Below, piece after piece: positions 7,961 through 16,064 of a stretch of 64,000 nucleotides of DNA. The notes beneath the pieces were generated by a model, which saw nothing but the letters and a program-made list of their open reading frames with translations, did not search any database and had not been told where the DNA came from. The stretch comes from an uncultured virus (IMG/VR IMGVR_UViG_3300020183_004466) (lineage: Duplodnaviria > Heunggongvirae > Uroviricota > Caudoviricetes), in IMG/VR virus record IMGVR_UViG_3300020183_004466. One strand, written 5' to 3'. The translations under genes were made by a program, and so were the position numbers. Position 1 is the first letter of the stretch. Every line of letters starts with the position of its first letter.

Positions 7961-8527
7961 ATGACCAGAGACGAGCTTATCAAGGTATTAGAGAAGAAAG
8001 GTTACTCCTACAAGATAGAAGGGGATAAGATAGTTGTTACCTATTATAATGGGGATGTCAATTTGAGTTCCCTAACGAGTCTTCCCCCTGGTGTGGAGTT
8101 CAGAAATAAAGGGTTTGTCCTTTTGGAATCACTAACGACACTTCATCATGGTGGGGTATTCAATAATGAAGGGAGTGTCTTTTTGAATTCACTAACGACA
8201 CTTCATCATGGTGGGGTATTCAATAATGAAGGGAGTGTCTTTTTGAATTCACTAACGACACTTCATCCTGGAGTCCAATTCAATAATGGTGGAGAGGTCA
8301 TTTTGGGTTCACTAGAGACACTCCCTCGTGGTGTGGTGTTCAAGAATAGATGGGGTGTCCAGCTTTCAGTATTAAAATCTATTCCCCCCGGTACAGAGTT
8401 TAGAAATGGTCGTGGTGTCGATTTGGGATCACCAAAAGGATGGTTTAGTGAATGGAAAGGAAATATAAAAGGTATAGATTCAAATAGGCTATTGAACGTG
8501 ATGATTAAACAAGAGATGTTTATATGA
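7961..8527 (+). CDS. LRR-like repeat protein, family B
   Basis: MTRDEL..IEGDKIVV N-cap, 22-aa LxSLTxLPxGVxFxNxG repeats, C-cap GNIKGIDSNRLLNVMIK. Confidence 0.9.
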   Translation: MTRDELIKVLEKKGYSYKIEGDKIVVTYYNGDVNLSSLTSLPPGVEFRNKGFVLLESLTTLHHGGVFNNEGSVFLNSLTTLHHGGVFNNEGSVFLNSLTTLHPGVQFNNGGEVILGSLETLPRGVVFKNRWGVQLSVLKSIPPGTEFRNGRGVDLGSPKGWFSEWKGNIKGIDSNRLLNVMIKQEMFI

Positions 8528-9228
8528 CCAGAGAAGAGTTTAAGAAGGTATTAGAAGATAATGAATACTCCTACGAGATAGAAGGGGATCGGATAGTTGT
8601 TACGCATAGGAAGGATGTCTATTTGAGATCTCTAACGAGTCTTCCCCCTGGGGTGGAGTTCGAGAGTGGAGGGTATGTCTATTTGGAATCTCTAACGAGT
8701 CTTCCCCCTGGGGCCCAGTTCAAGAATAGAGGGTCTGTCTATTTGGAATCACTAATGAGTCTTCCCCCTGGTGTGGAGTTCAATAATGGAGGGAATTATG
8801 GAGGTAATGTCTATTTGAAATCACTAACGAGTCTTCCTCCTGGGGTCCAGTTCAAGAATAGAGGGTCTGTCAATTTGGAATCACTAATGAGTCTTCCCCC
8901 TGATGTGAAGTTCGAGAATGTAGGGGAGGTCCGTTTGGATTCGCTAAAGACACTCCCTCCTGATGTGAAGTTCGAGAATGTAGGGTGGGTCCTTTTGGAT
9001 TCACTAGAGACACTCTCTCCTGGGGTTGAGTTCAGGAATAAGGGGTGTGTCAGTTTACATTCCCTAACGAGTCTTCCCCCTGGGGTGGAGTTCGAGAATG
9101 ATGGGTATTCCGATTTGAAATCCCTAATGGGGGGATGGTTTGATGATTGGAAAGGTAATATAAGAGGAATAGGATCTAATAGGTTGCTTAATAAGATGAT
9201 AGAATTAGGGTTATTCGATAAAAAATAA
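8524..9228 (+). CDS. LRR-like repeat protein, family B
   Basis: same caps, about 7 repeats; ATGA overlap. Confidence 0.9.
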   Translation: MTREEFKKVLEDNEYSYEIEGDRIVVTHRKDVYLRSLTSLPPGVEFESGGYVYLESLTSLPPGAQFKNRGSVYLESLMSLPPGVEFNNGGNYGGNVYLKSLTSLPPGVQFKNRGSVNLESLMSLPPDVKFENVGEVRLDSLKTLPPDVKFENVGWVLLDSLETLSPGVEFRNKGCVSLHSLTSLPPGVEFENDGYSDLKSLMGGWFDDWKGNIRGIGSNRLLNKMIELGLFDKK

Positions 9229-9232
9229 AAGG

Positions 9233-9679
9233 ATGACAAGAGAAGAGTTTATAGAGGTATTAGAAAATAAAAGGTATTCCTACGAGATAGAAGGAGATAA
9301 GATAGTGGTTACTGATTATGGGTATGTCGATTTGTCTTTACTAACAAGCCTTCCCTCTGTGGTGGAGTTCAATAATAGAGGTGATCTCAATTTGAAAAGA
9401 TTAAAAACACTTCCCCCTGGTGTCCAGTTCAAGAATTGGGGGGATGTCTATTTGAACTCGCTTAAGACTCTTCCGCCAGATGACCAATTCAATAATAAGG
9501 GGTATGTCAATTTGTCTTCACTAACAAGCCTTCCTCCTGGTGTCCAGTTCCATAATGGAGGTGGTGTCTATTTGGAATCAATAATCGGGGGATGGTTTAA
9601 TCGCTGGAGTGGTAACATAGAAGGAATAGATAGTACTATATTATTAAACTTGATGATCAAAAGAGGAATGTTTATATGA
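9233..9679 (+). CDS. LRR-like repeat protein, family B
   Basis: same caps and repeats. Confidence 0.9.
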   Translation: MTREEFIEVLENKRYSYEIEGDKIVVTDYGYVDLSLLTSLPSVVEFNNRGDLNLKRLKTLPPGVQFKNWGDVYLNSLKTLPPDDQFNNKGYVNLSSLTSLPPGVQFHNGGGVYLESIIGGWFNRWSGNIEGIDSTILLNLMIKRGMFI

Positions 9680-10062
9680 CAAGAGAAGAGTTTATAGAGC
9701 AATTAGATTATATGGGCGTTCCTTATAAGATAGAAGGCGATAAGATAGTTGTAAATGGAACAAATATAAAGCTTAATTTATTAGATAGTATTCCATCAGG
9801 AGTTCGTTTTGATAATAGGATTGGTGTGAGCTTGGTGTCGCTAAAACACCTTCCACCTGATGTAGTTTTCAATAATAGGGAGGACGTATTTTTTAGAGAT
9901 ATAGAGACAATCTCTCCTGGTGTGGAATTCAGAAATGGTGGATATGTATATCTTGGAAAATTCACGGATGGTGGGCTTTTCCATTATTGGGATGGTAATA
10001 TAAAAGGAATAGATAGTAAGAGATTATTGAACTTGATGATTAAACAAGAGATGTTTATATGA
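9676..10062 (+). CDS. LRR-like repeat protein, family B
   Basis: same caps, fewer repeats. Confidence 0.9.
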   Translation: MTREEFIEQLDYMGVPYKIEGDKIVVNGTNIKLNLLDSIPSGVRFDNRIGVSLVSLKHLPPDVVFNNREDVFFRDIETISPGVEFRNGGYVYLGKFTDGGLFHYWDGNIKGIDSKRLLNLMIKQEMFI

Positions 10063-10502
10063 CCAGAGAAGAATTTATAGATCAATTAGATAAGGACAAG
10101 ATCACTTATAATTTATTAGGTAGTGATATAGAGATCACTGGTTCTAATGGTCTTGCTTACAAGTGGAACGTGGGTATTAGTCATGTAAAGGCATTGCCTT
10201 CTGGTGTTATATTTAATAATAAGGGCAATGTTCATATACCAGATCTACAAGAGATTCCTGAGGGAGTTCAGTTTAACAACGGGGGTAACATTGTTTTAGG
10301 ATTATACGAGCAAGGTATTAAGATACATCCTTCCACTGTGTTTAATAATGGCAAGAGTAAGATTATGATTGGGTATCAAAGGGGTGGTAAATACATGTTT
10401 AACACATCTGATGATTGGGGTGAATCTTGGGATGGTTCTATCGATGATATAAACACCAAGAGATTGTTTAAGCTCCTGGTTAAGCGAGGGGTATTTTTAT
10501 GA
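10059..10502 (+). CDS. divergent LRR-like protein, family B
   Basis: MTREEFI start, LPSGVIFNNKG, C-cap GSIDDINTKRLFKLLVK. Confidence 0.85.
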   Translation: MTREEFIDQLDKDKITYNLLGSDIEITGSNGLAYKWNVGISHVKALPSGVIFNNKGNVHIPDLQEIPEGVQFNNGGNIVLGLYEQGIKIHPSTVFNNGKSKIMIGYQRGGKYMFNTSDDWGESWDGSIDDINTKRLFKLLVKRGVFL

Positions 10503-10854
10503 GTGTGACAAATAAATTTTTGTGGGAAATCAAGGAGCTTGGATATAGAGCGGATCTGAGTGGTGATAGAATAATAGAATAATAGTCTCCGTGCCTGTTA
10601 CGAAAAAGCGAGGATTATACAGTGTTTTATACATAAGCGGGATTGTAGATATTCCACCAAGGGTCACCTTTAAGGGTGACTTTATAAACATGCACTATAT
10701 CCCTTTTTGGAATATACCAAAAGACACAGAGTTCGATGGTATTGAAAAAGTGATCCTCAAGGAGTTTAGGACTGACGATCCACAGGATTTTGATTTACCA
10801 GGCGTCGATAGTATGAGACTCTTCAAATTGATGGTTAAAAGATTAGGGGTTTAG
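10499..10854 (+). pseudogene. family B paralog frameshifted by an 8-bp tandem duplication
   Basis: ATG 10499 frame stops at 10580; removing one ATAGAATA (10566-10581) restores ...GDRIIVSVP... in frame with ORF 10591-10854, which ends GVDSMRLFKLMVK. Confidence 0.75.
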
Positions 10855-10855
10855 A

Positions 10856-10892
10856 AATCATTTTTTATTTTATTAAGAGTTTTCTATCTTTG
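10856..10892 (+). promoter_or_regulatory. early promoter
   Basis: AATCATTTTTT...CTATCTTTG. Confidence 0.75.
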
Positions 10893-10899
10893 TGTTTGT

Positions 10900-11592
10900 A
10901 TGGAGAAACACACACAGAAAGGACCTGATGGTTACATGATGATCGGAGCTAACATGGGTAATGTTATACCTATGGATGTTATAGGTATTCAGCATAAAGG
11001 AGATATAGATGTCGCACATATTGTTTTTCTTATTGATGATGAGAGATTTAAGAACAAGCTCGTTATAACCCCTGGTCTAATAACATACACGGATTTTAAG
11101 AACTCTCAAAAACAAATAAGCATCTATAGATCCGCTCCTGAATGTTTAGAAAATTCTCCAAATAAATGGAGATTGATGGATATAGATGAGCTTGAGGCTT
11201 TCTATGATTTTTATAAGCGAGAGGGGATGGGTCAGTTCTATGATTTGGTTGAGGATTATAGTTTCGAATACGGATCATCAGATTTTGTGGATATAGATCG
11301 CACTGAAACAAGTAAGATCTATTGTGTGGATTTTGGGAGTGGTAAAAGAAAGACAAGATATCAATATCAGGATAAGGCTTTGATGATGATAAGGAAAGTC
11401 ACTGATGATGACATTGTCACCATAATGAAGGACATGATTGATAGAGTGGCTTTTACCGAATTTAGTTTTATTGCGGAGAAGGTGATAAAGCTTTATCCGA
11501 ACTTAGAGGAGAGAATCAAATCACTAGCTGGTGAGGATGCTGATGATTCTTTCAAGGGATCGAGATTTCTTAGAATTTTTGAAACTTATTAA
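10900..11592 (+). CDS. hypothetical protein with DUF1566 (Lcl)-like domain and degenerate C-terminal tag
   Basis: KWRLMDIDEL, YCVDFGSG; ends KGSRFLRIFETY. Confidence 0.55.
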   Translation: MEKHTQKGPDGYMMIGANMGNVIPMDVIGIQHKGDIDVAHIVFLIDDERFKNKLVITPGLITYTDFKNSQKQISIYRSAPECLENSPNKWRLMDIDELEAFYDFYKREGMGQFYDLVEDYSFEYGSSDFVDIDRTETSKIYCVDFGSGKRKTRYQYQDKALMMIRKVTDDDIVTIMKDMIDRVAFTEFSFIAEKVIKLYPNLEERIKSLAGEDADDSFKGSRFLRIFETY

Positions 11593-11600
11593 TAAAGATT

Positions 11601-12413
11601 ATGGAGCTTACAGAAAAACAAGAGAAGTGGTTGAATAGATGCGTAAATGGTTATACTTGGTGGAGGAATATACCCGGGCATTTTGAGGTCAACCAAGAAA
11701 CTGGACTAGTTGATATCTATGGAACTTTTGATTGCTCTAATCAGGGTATAGAAGATTTTATGGGTATTAGATTTGGAGTGGTTACAGGAATAAAATTTGA
11801 TTGCTCATATAACGAACTTACAAGTCTTGAAGGTGCTCCTCTTGAAATAGGGAGTAGTGAGGATAGTATGGCTGCTGGAGCTGAATTTTTATGCTCGCAT
11901 AACAATTTAAAGAAACTAGGAAACGTTCTTCCTAAACAAAAGAATTATTTAACATACTTCGACTGCAAGGATAATCTTTTGGAAAATCTGGTAGGGCTTC
12001 CCAAAAATATTATGAATTTAGATTTTTCTAAAAACAGGATAATAAGTCTCAAAGGAATACCCTTAGGATTTAGATTTACCGAGGAATTTTATTTAAAACA
12101 TTTTTATAATGAATCATATCGACCGGATATAGTTCACGAGTTAGATTATATTAGATGTGAAGGAAATATAATTCCGGAAAGAAGAATAAGAAGCATATAC
12201 AAAACTATGGTGGAATTCCAGTGTGATTATTGGATGGCTTTAGCTCTTCATGCTAAAGGTATAAAATATTGGAGTCCTGATATATGGGAGAAGATTCTTA
12301 AGGATCCTGAAGTAAAGCATTTCTCTGATTTAACTGAGGGATTTGATTCTGTTGCTATATCAGAAATGTATATGGCTTCTTTGGCTCTATCTGAATTAGA
12401 AATGAATTTATAA
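11601..12413 (+). CDS. divergent LRR-like protein, family A
   Basis: GLVDIYGTFDCS..FMGIRFGVVTG, NELTSLEGAP, DYWMALAL shared with family A. Confidence 0.8.
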   Translation: MELTEKQEKWLNRCVNGYTWWRNIPGHFEVNQETGLVDIYGTFDCSNQGIEDFMGIRFGVVTGIKFDCSYNELTSLEGAPLEIGSSEDSMAAGAEFLCSHNNLKKLGNVLPKQKNYLTYFDCKDNLLENLVGLPKNIMNLDFSKNRIISLKGIPLGFRFTEEFYLKHFYNESYRPDIVHELDYIRCEGNIIPERRIRSIYKTMVEFQCDYWMALALHAKGIKYWSPDIWEKILKDPEVKHFSDLTEGFDSVAISEMYMASLALSELEMNL

Positions 12414-12450
12414 TCCAGAGTTTAACGTTAACCTCTAAATTTATTTAATA

Positions 12451-12487
12451 AATCGTTTTTTTAATCTGACCCGATATTCTACATTTG
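12451..12487 (+). promoter_or_regulatory. early promoter
   Basis: AATCGTTTTTT...CTACATTTG. Confidence 0.75.
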
Positions 12488-12508
12488 AGAGTGTAATAAT
12501 TAAGAAAT

Positions 12509-13222
12509 ATGGAAAAAAAAGACAAAGCAAAATTTTTCTTCGGATTGGATATCCTTTTAATTTCTCACGAATTAGAATCAATAGAAGAAAAAGACAAAAG
12601 AAATGATAGAGCGGGTTCCCTTATTAGGAGAGCAGCTGTTATTTATATGAACGGCGGTAACCAATATAGGGATATGATATATGATGTTTTTAATAACGCA
12701 CTAAAAGAATACCAAGATTGGTATTACAATAATATTTATAGCGTCGTAATGAGTAATCCAGTTCATCTAATGGAAGATGGAGATGCTTGTCCAATCCCTA
12801 AATATGATGTTAACAAATATGATCTCAATAAATACTTCGATGGACTCAATAAAGAGGCATTCGAGGAGTTACAAAAGTTGATATTCTTTCTTAAAGATCC
12901 AGCATCACAAGAGGCATTAGAAAATTTTGGTAAAGTTCACGGAAGTGATAATGAAAAATTCGCTGATGAATCTAGAAACTTCTATGTACTAGCCCATAGT
13001 ATTTTAGTTGCAACATTAGAGGGAGGTGAATTTTTAGATAGATTGGAAAAGATATTTGGGGGATATGGTCTTTCAGACCAAGATTCCAAAGATCTAAATG
13101 AATTTTCTGAAAAAACACTAAGTAATCCTTCAGAAGCAAATAGGTTAAAGGATGAAGTTGTTAAGAATTTCTCCATAGAAAAGATCGCTAAAGACTTCTT
13201 GAAATATTCTAGAAGTAATTAA
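12509..13222 (+). CDS. hypothetical protein
   Basis: 237-aa ORF between promoter and terminator. Confidence 0.8.
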   Translation: MEKKDKAKFFFGLDILLISHELESIEEKDKRNDRAGSLIRRAAVIYMNGGNQYRDMIYDVFNNALKEYQDWYYNNIYSVVMSNPVHLMEDGDACPIPKYDVNKYDLNKYFDGLNKEAFEELQKLIFFLKDPASQEALENFGKVHGSDNEKFADESRNFYVLAHSILVATLEGGEFLDRLEKIFGGYGLSDQDSKDLNEFSEKTLSNPSEANRLKDEVVKNFSIEKIAKDFLKYSRSN

Positions 13223-13268
13223 TAATATTGTCTCAGGACAAAGGGTAGAGAAGACCCGATTTACAGCT

Positions 13269-13291
13269 AGCCCCTTTTAGGGGCTTTTTTA
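13269..13291 (+). terminator. intrinsic terminator
   Basis: AGCCCC-TTTTA-GGGGCT followed by T-tract. Confidence 0.75.
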
Positions 13292-13330
13292 TTGGAAATT
13301 TTTATTAGATTCGTGTCTATAAAAGGCACA

Positions 13331-13891
13331 ATGAATGACAAAATTCCTGAAATTATTAGACACTGTGTTAAGTGGTACTCGTTGGGGATTGATACCCGCA
13401 TCTGTAAAATAGAAGGAGAGTTTGGAATAAGAAAATTACACAAGAATTCTGTGGAATTTTCCATAGAAAATGCAAAAAAATTCAGAGATAAGTACTCAGA
13501 TTACAATTTTTTAGGGGTCTGCTTGAGAAATTCTGGTCTAATGTGTCTTGATATAGAAGGAACACCTCGTTCAGTAGAGGAATTTATGGGGATTTTAGAG
13601 GAGAAATCTCTAAAAATTGGTGATTTCTTAGTGGAAAGCACTATGAATGGAGGGCTTCATCTGTATTTTAGAGTTCCTAATGGATGGAAAACAAAGAATA
13701 TTTATGATTGTAGGTTAGGAGATATCAATTTTGATGTCCTTTTCAATGGAAAATCGTTTACTTCACCCTCAGAATTTAGAGGTAAGTCTTATAAATTCAT
13801 AGGTAGATCCTTTTTCAGTCTCAATTCAGTAGGAGATATTCCTGAATTTCCTCAGGAGCTTTATTTTTTAATTGAAAATAGGGATAAATAA
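13331..13891 (+). CDS. stand-alone Prim-Pol (bifunctional primase/polymerase N-terminal) domain protein
   Basis: N.LGV....SGLMCLDIE and ST.NGGLHLYFR motifs; likely ATG start at 13331. Confidence 0.7.
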   Translation: MNDKIPEIIRHCVKWYSLGIDTRICKIEGEFGIRKLHKNSVEFSIENAKKFRDKYSDYNFLGVCLRNSGLMCLDIEGTPRSVEEFMGILEEKSLKIGDFLVESTMNGGLHLYFRVPNGWKTKNIYDCRLGDINFDVLFNGKSFTSPSEFRGKSYKFIGRSFFSLNSVGDIPEFPQELYFLIENRDK

Positions 13892-13909
13892 TAGATACAA
13901 AATCAAAAA

Positions 13910-14593
13910 ATGGAAATAACAAAATTTATATTCGTTCCCGATGGTCATTATGGATATCCAACACCGGAAGACGGGGATACACCCCGTGATTATCATGCTT
14001 TAGTTGAAGAATATTGTGACTCTTCATATAGCGCATGGAATATGGGAGATTTTTCTGAAGGGGAACCAGACGAGGATGACTACGAAACATCGGAAGAATA
14101 TGATGAAGCATATGCAGAATGGGAGGAAAATCAAGACAGTAATAAAGTGGACTGTTATGATGAATACGGATGCTATGATGTTTTTAGAAATTCATATGAA
14201 ATGCTATCAGATGGGGTAGATCCGGAAGATATATTTGATTCATTTTTTAATTATGATGGGACTTCATGTCACGATGATTTCATGCAGAGTGCTGCTAATA
14301 CTGAGGGTGTTGTTTATGTTATTTCTAGAGGAAGCGATGATGAGATAGCACTAGCAGGACAAGTTTATCCTCTTTCATCCGATGCACAAGAAATATCAGA
14401 GATTCTTTCAGACACAATAGTAAAAGAGTATAGAAATAAAAACCCTAAAGCTGGCGTTATGTACAAAGATATATCATCTTCAATCTCAGGTGTTGATGAT
14501 AAGGTTAGATCTAAGCTTTCACCTGAAGAATATGATGATCTGAATAGGGCAGGTAAAGGTGGATCTATGCTAAGGAGATTTGGAATAGATTAA
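13910..14593 (+). CDS. acidic hypothetical protein with C-terminal KGGSMLRRFG tag
   Basis: ORF; GATAAATA upstream at 13883. Confidence 0.8.
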   Translation: MEITKFIFVPDGHYGYPTPEDGDTPRDYHALVEEYCDSSYSAWNMGDFSEGEPDEDDYETSEEYDEAYAEWEENQDSNKVDCYDEYGCYDVFRNSYEMLSDGVDPEDIFDSFFNYDGTSCHDDFMQSAANTEGVVYVISRGSDDEIALAGQVYPLSSDAQEISEILSDTIVKEYRNKNPKAGVMYKDISSSISGVDDKVRSKLSPEEYDDLNRAGKGGSMLRRFGID

Positions 14594-15138
14594 AGAAAGG
14601 GGTCCCAATCTACAAGGAGGTGTATCCGGTCGGATACACCTTTATTTTGAACGCTGTGTGGGCTCCTCACATTACTTATCTCCCAGATCTCACCCTCTTT
14701 CATATTTTTCTCCTCACCATCTATCTCAAATATACAATCAGGATTGGTTATTATAGGGATGTGTATTCTGTGGCATCTATTAAATCTTTCTCCTATAGGA
14801 TTTGCGTCTATATGTCTTGCTATAGATTTGCCCATTGGGAGATTTATAAGGATTACACTCATAAAATCCCCGCTTTTACATAAAGATTCCCTTATTATAC
14901 TTTCTATTTTATCAAGATCATCCTTAAAGATCGAATAATAAGGATCCCATTTTTGTTGTGACGTAAATTTTTCTGACCATATAAGAGGTATTGTCTTGGT
15001 TTCGATGTGATCCTTATATCTTAATTGTCTAAAATCATAATCATCCCAATCAAGATCACTAGTTAATATCTTTTCTTTCCAGAGAGAGACGTCAATGTCT
15101 CCCACAAATCTGTATTTTATTTCATCAGGAAGTATCAA
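14590..15138 (-). CDS. aspartyl/asparaginyl beta-hydroxylase family 2OG-Fe(II) oxygenase
   Basis: HID, RIHIPIITNP, HSVQN.G..DRIHLLVD. Confidence 0.85.
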   Translation of the reverse strand: MILPDEIKYRFVGDIDVSLWKEKILTSDLDWDDYDFRQLRYKDHIETKTIPLIWSEKFTSQQKWDPYYSIFKDDLDKIESIIRESLCKSGDFMSVILINLPMGKSIARHIDANPIGERFNRCHRIHIPIITNPDCIFEIDGEEKNMKEGEIWEISNVRSPHSVQNKGVSDRIHLLVDWDPFL

Positions 15139-15174
15139 ATCAATGATATATATAAAGTAAATATAGTAATAAAA

Positions 15175-15576
15175 ATGAAATATCTAAAGCTTTTCGAAGA
15201 GTTTACCAGCTATAATTCTAAAACATCTTATAGTGGGATGTCAAAAATATCAGAGGGGAGATCTAAAGGATCTGTTAACTGGTTTACTGGGGATGAGATA
15301 GATAAAATCAGGGAAAGAGCTTCACAGCTAGGTGTTCCTAGGATTCTTAATAAAAGCAGGGGAGTTTCAATGAGCTTTTTTGGAGAAGCTAATGGGTTAG
15401 GAGGATTAGAAGAATCGCTTCACAACTTCTTTACCCGCGGTGGAAATTTATGTAATACAGTTTCGATAGAAACTAAAAGAGGGGATTATCAAATAGTAAA
15501 AAGAGGAGGCGAGTTTAAGCTAAATGGCAAAAACGTCGGAAAAGATATCTCAGGTGCACTAAGTATGATGCTTTAA
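15175..15576 (+). CDS. hypothetical protein with CTS-like N-terminus
   Basis: MKYLKLFEEF; GATATATA at 15145. Confidence 0.75.
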   Translation: MKYLKLFEEFTSYNSKTSYSGMSKISEGRSKGSVNWFTGDEIDKIRERASQLGVPRILNKSRGVSMSFFGEANGLGGLEESLHNFFTRGGNLCNTVSIETKRGDYQIVKRGGEFKLNGKNVGKDISGALSMML

Positions 15577-15950
15577 TGAAATACTACAACTTAGGAATAT
15601 TTGATATAATGAGGGAGGATGTTTCTTTCGAAAGAAATAAGAATCCTAATGTCCCCCTACAATATAGATTCGATAACAGAATTATGTTCGATGAAGCTGT
15701 TTCTTATGCTGAAGATCTTGGAGATGGATGGAGACTTCCAACTATGGGGGAGATTATTTTTCTTCAAGAATATAATGATATGAATATTCTTAATTTTTCT
15801 AATTCTGGAGCTTATTGGGTTTCTGGGGGATTAGAGGGGGATGAAGACATGGGAAAATATTCCGCATGGGCATATTATTTTAATCTGAGAAGAAGGGGAG
15901 GAATACCAAAAACAGAAAGACTTAATTTACGTCTAGTTAGATCAATATAA
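15576..15950 (+). CDS. DUF1566/Lcl C-type-lectin-fold protein
   Basis: A..YA..LG.GWRLPT..E, YWVS, AWAYYF, RLVRS. Confidence 0.8.
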   Translation: MKYYNLGIFDIMREDVSFERNKNPNVPLQYRFDNRIMFDEAVSYAEDLGDGWRLPTMGEIIFLQEYNDMNILNFSNSGAYWVSGGLEGDEDMGKYSAWAYYFNLRRRGGIPKTERLNLRLVRSI

Positions 15951-16064
15951 TCGTACGATAATTAATAACATACGTCTGTTAATTTCATGCTAATAAATAT
16001 TAGGATTTTTTAAATCTTGTAATATATAGATAGTAATTCCCCATATAATTTGTAATGTCACGGT

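Noticed and set aside
1..12413. A complete diversity-generating retroelement
   Set aside because: No reverse transcriptase or non-coding template repeat in the window, and many adenines in the repeat are invariant. Kept only as a testable idea.
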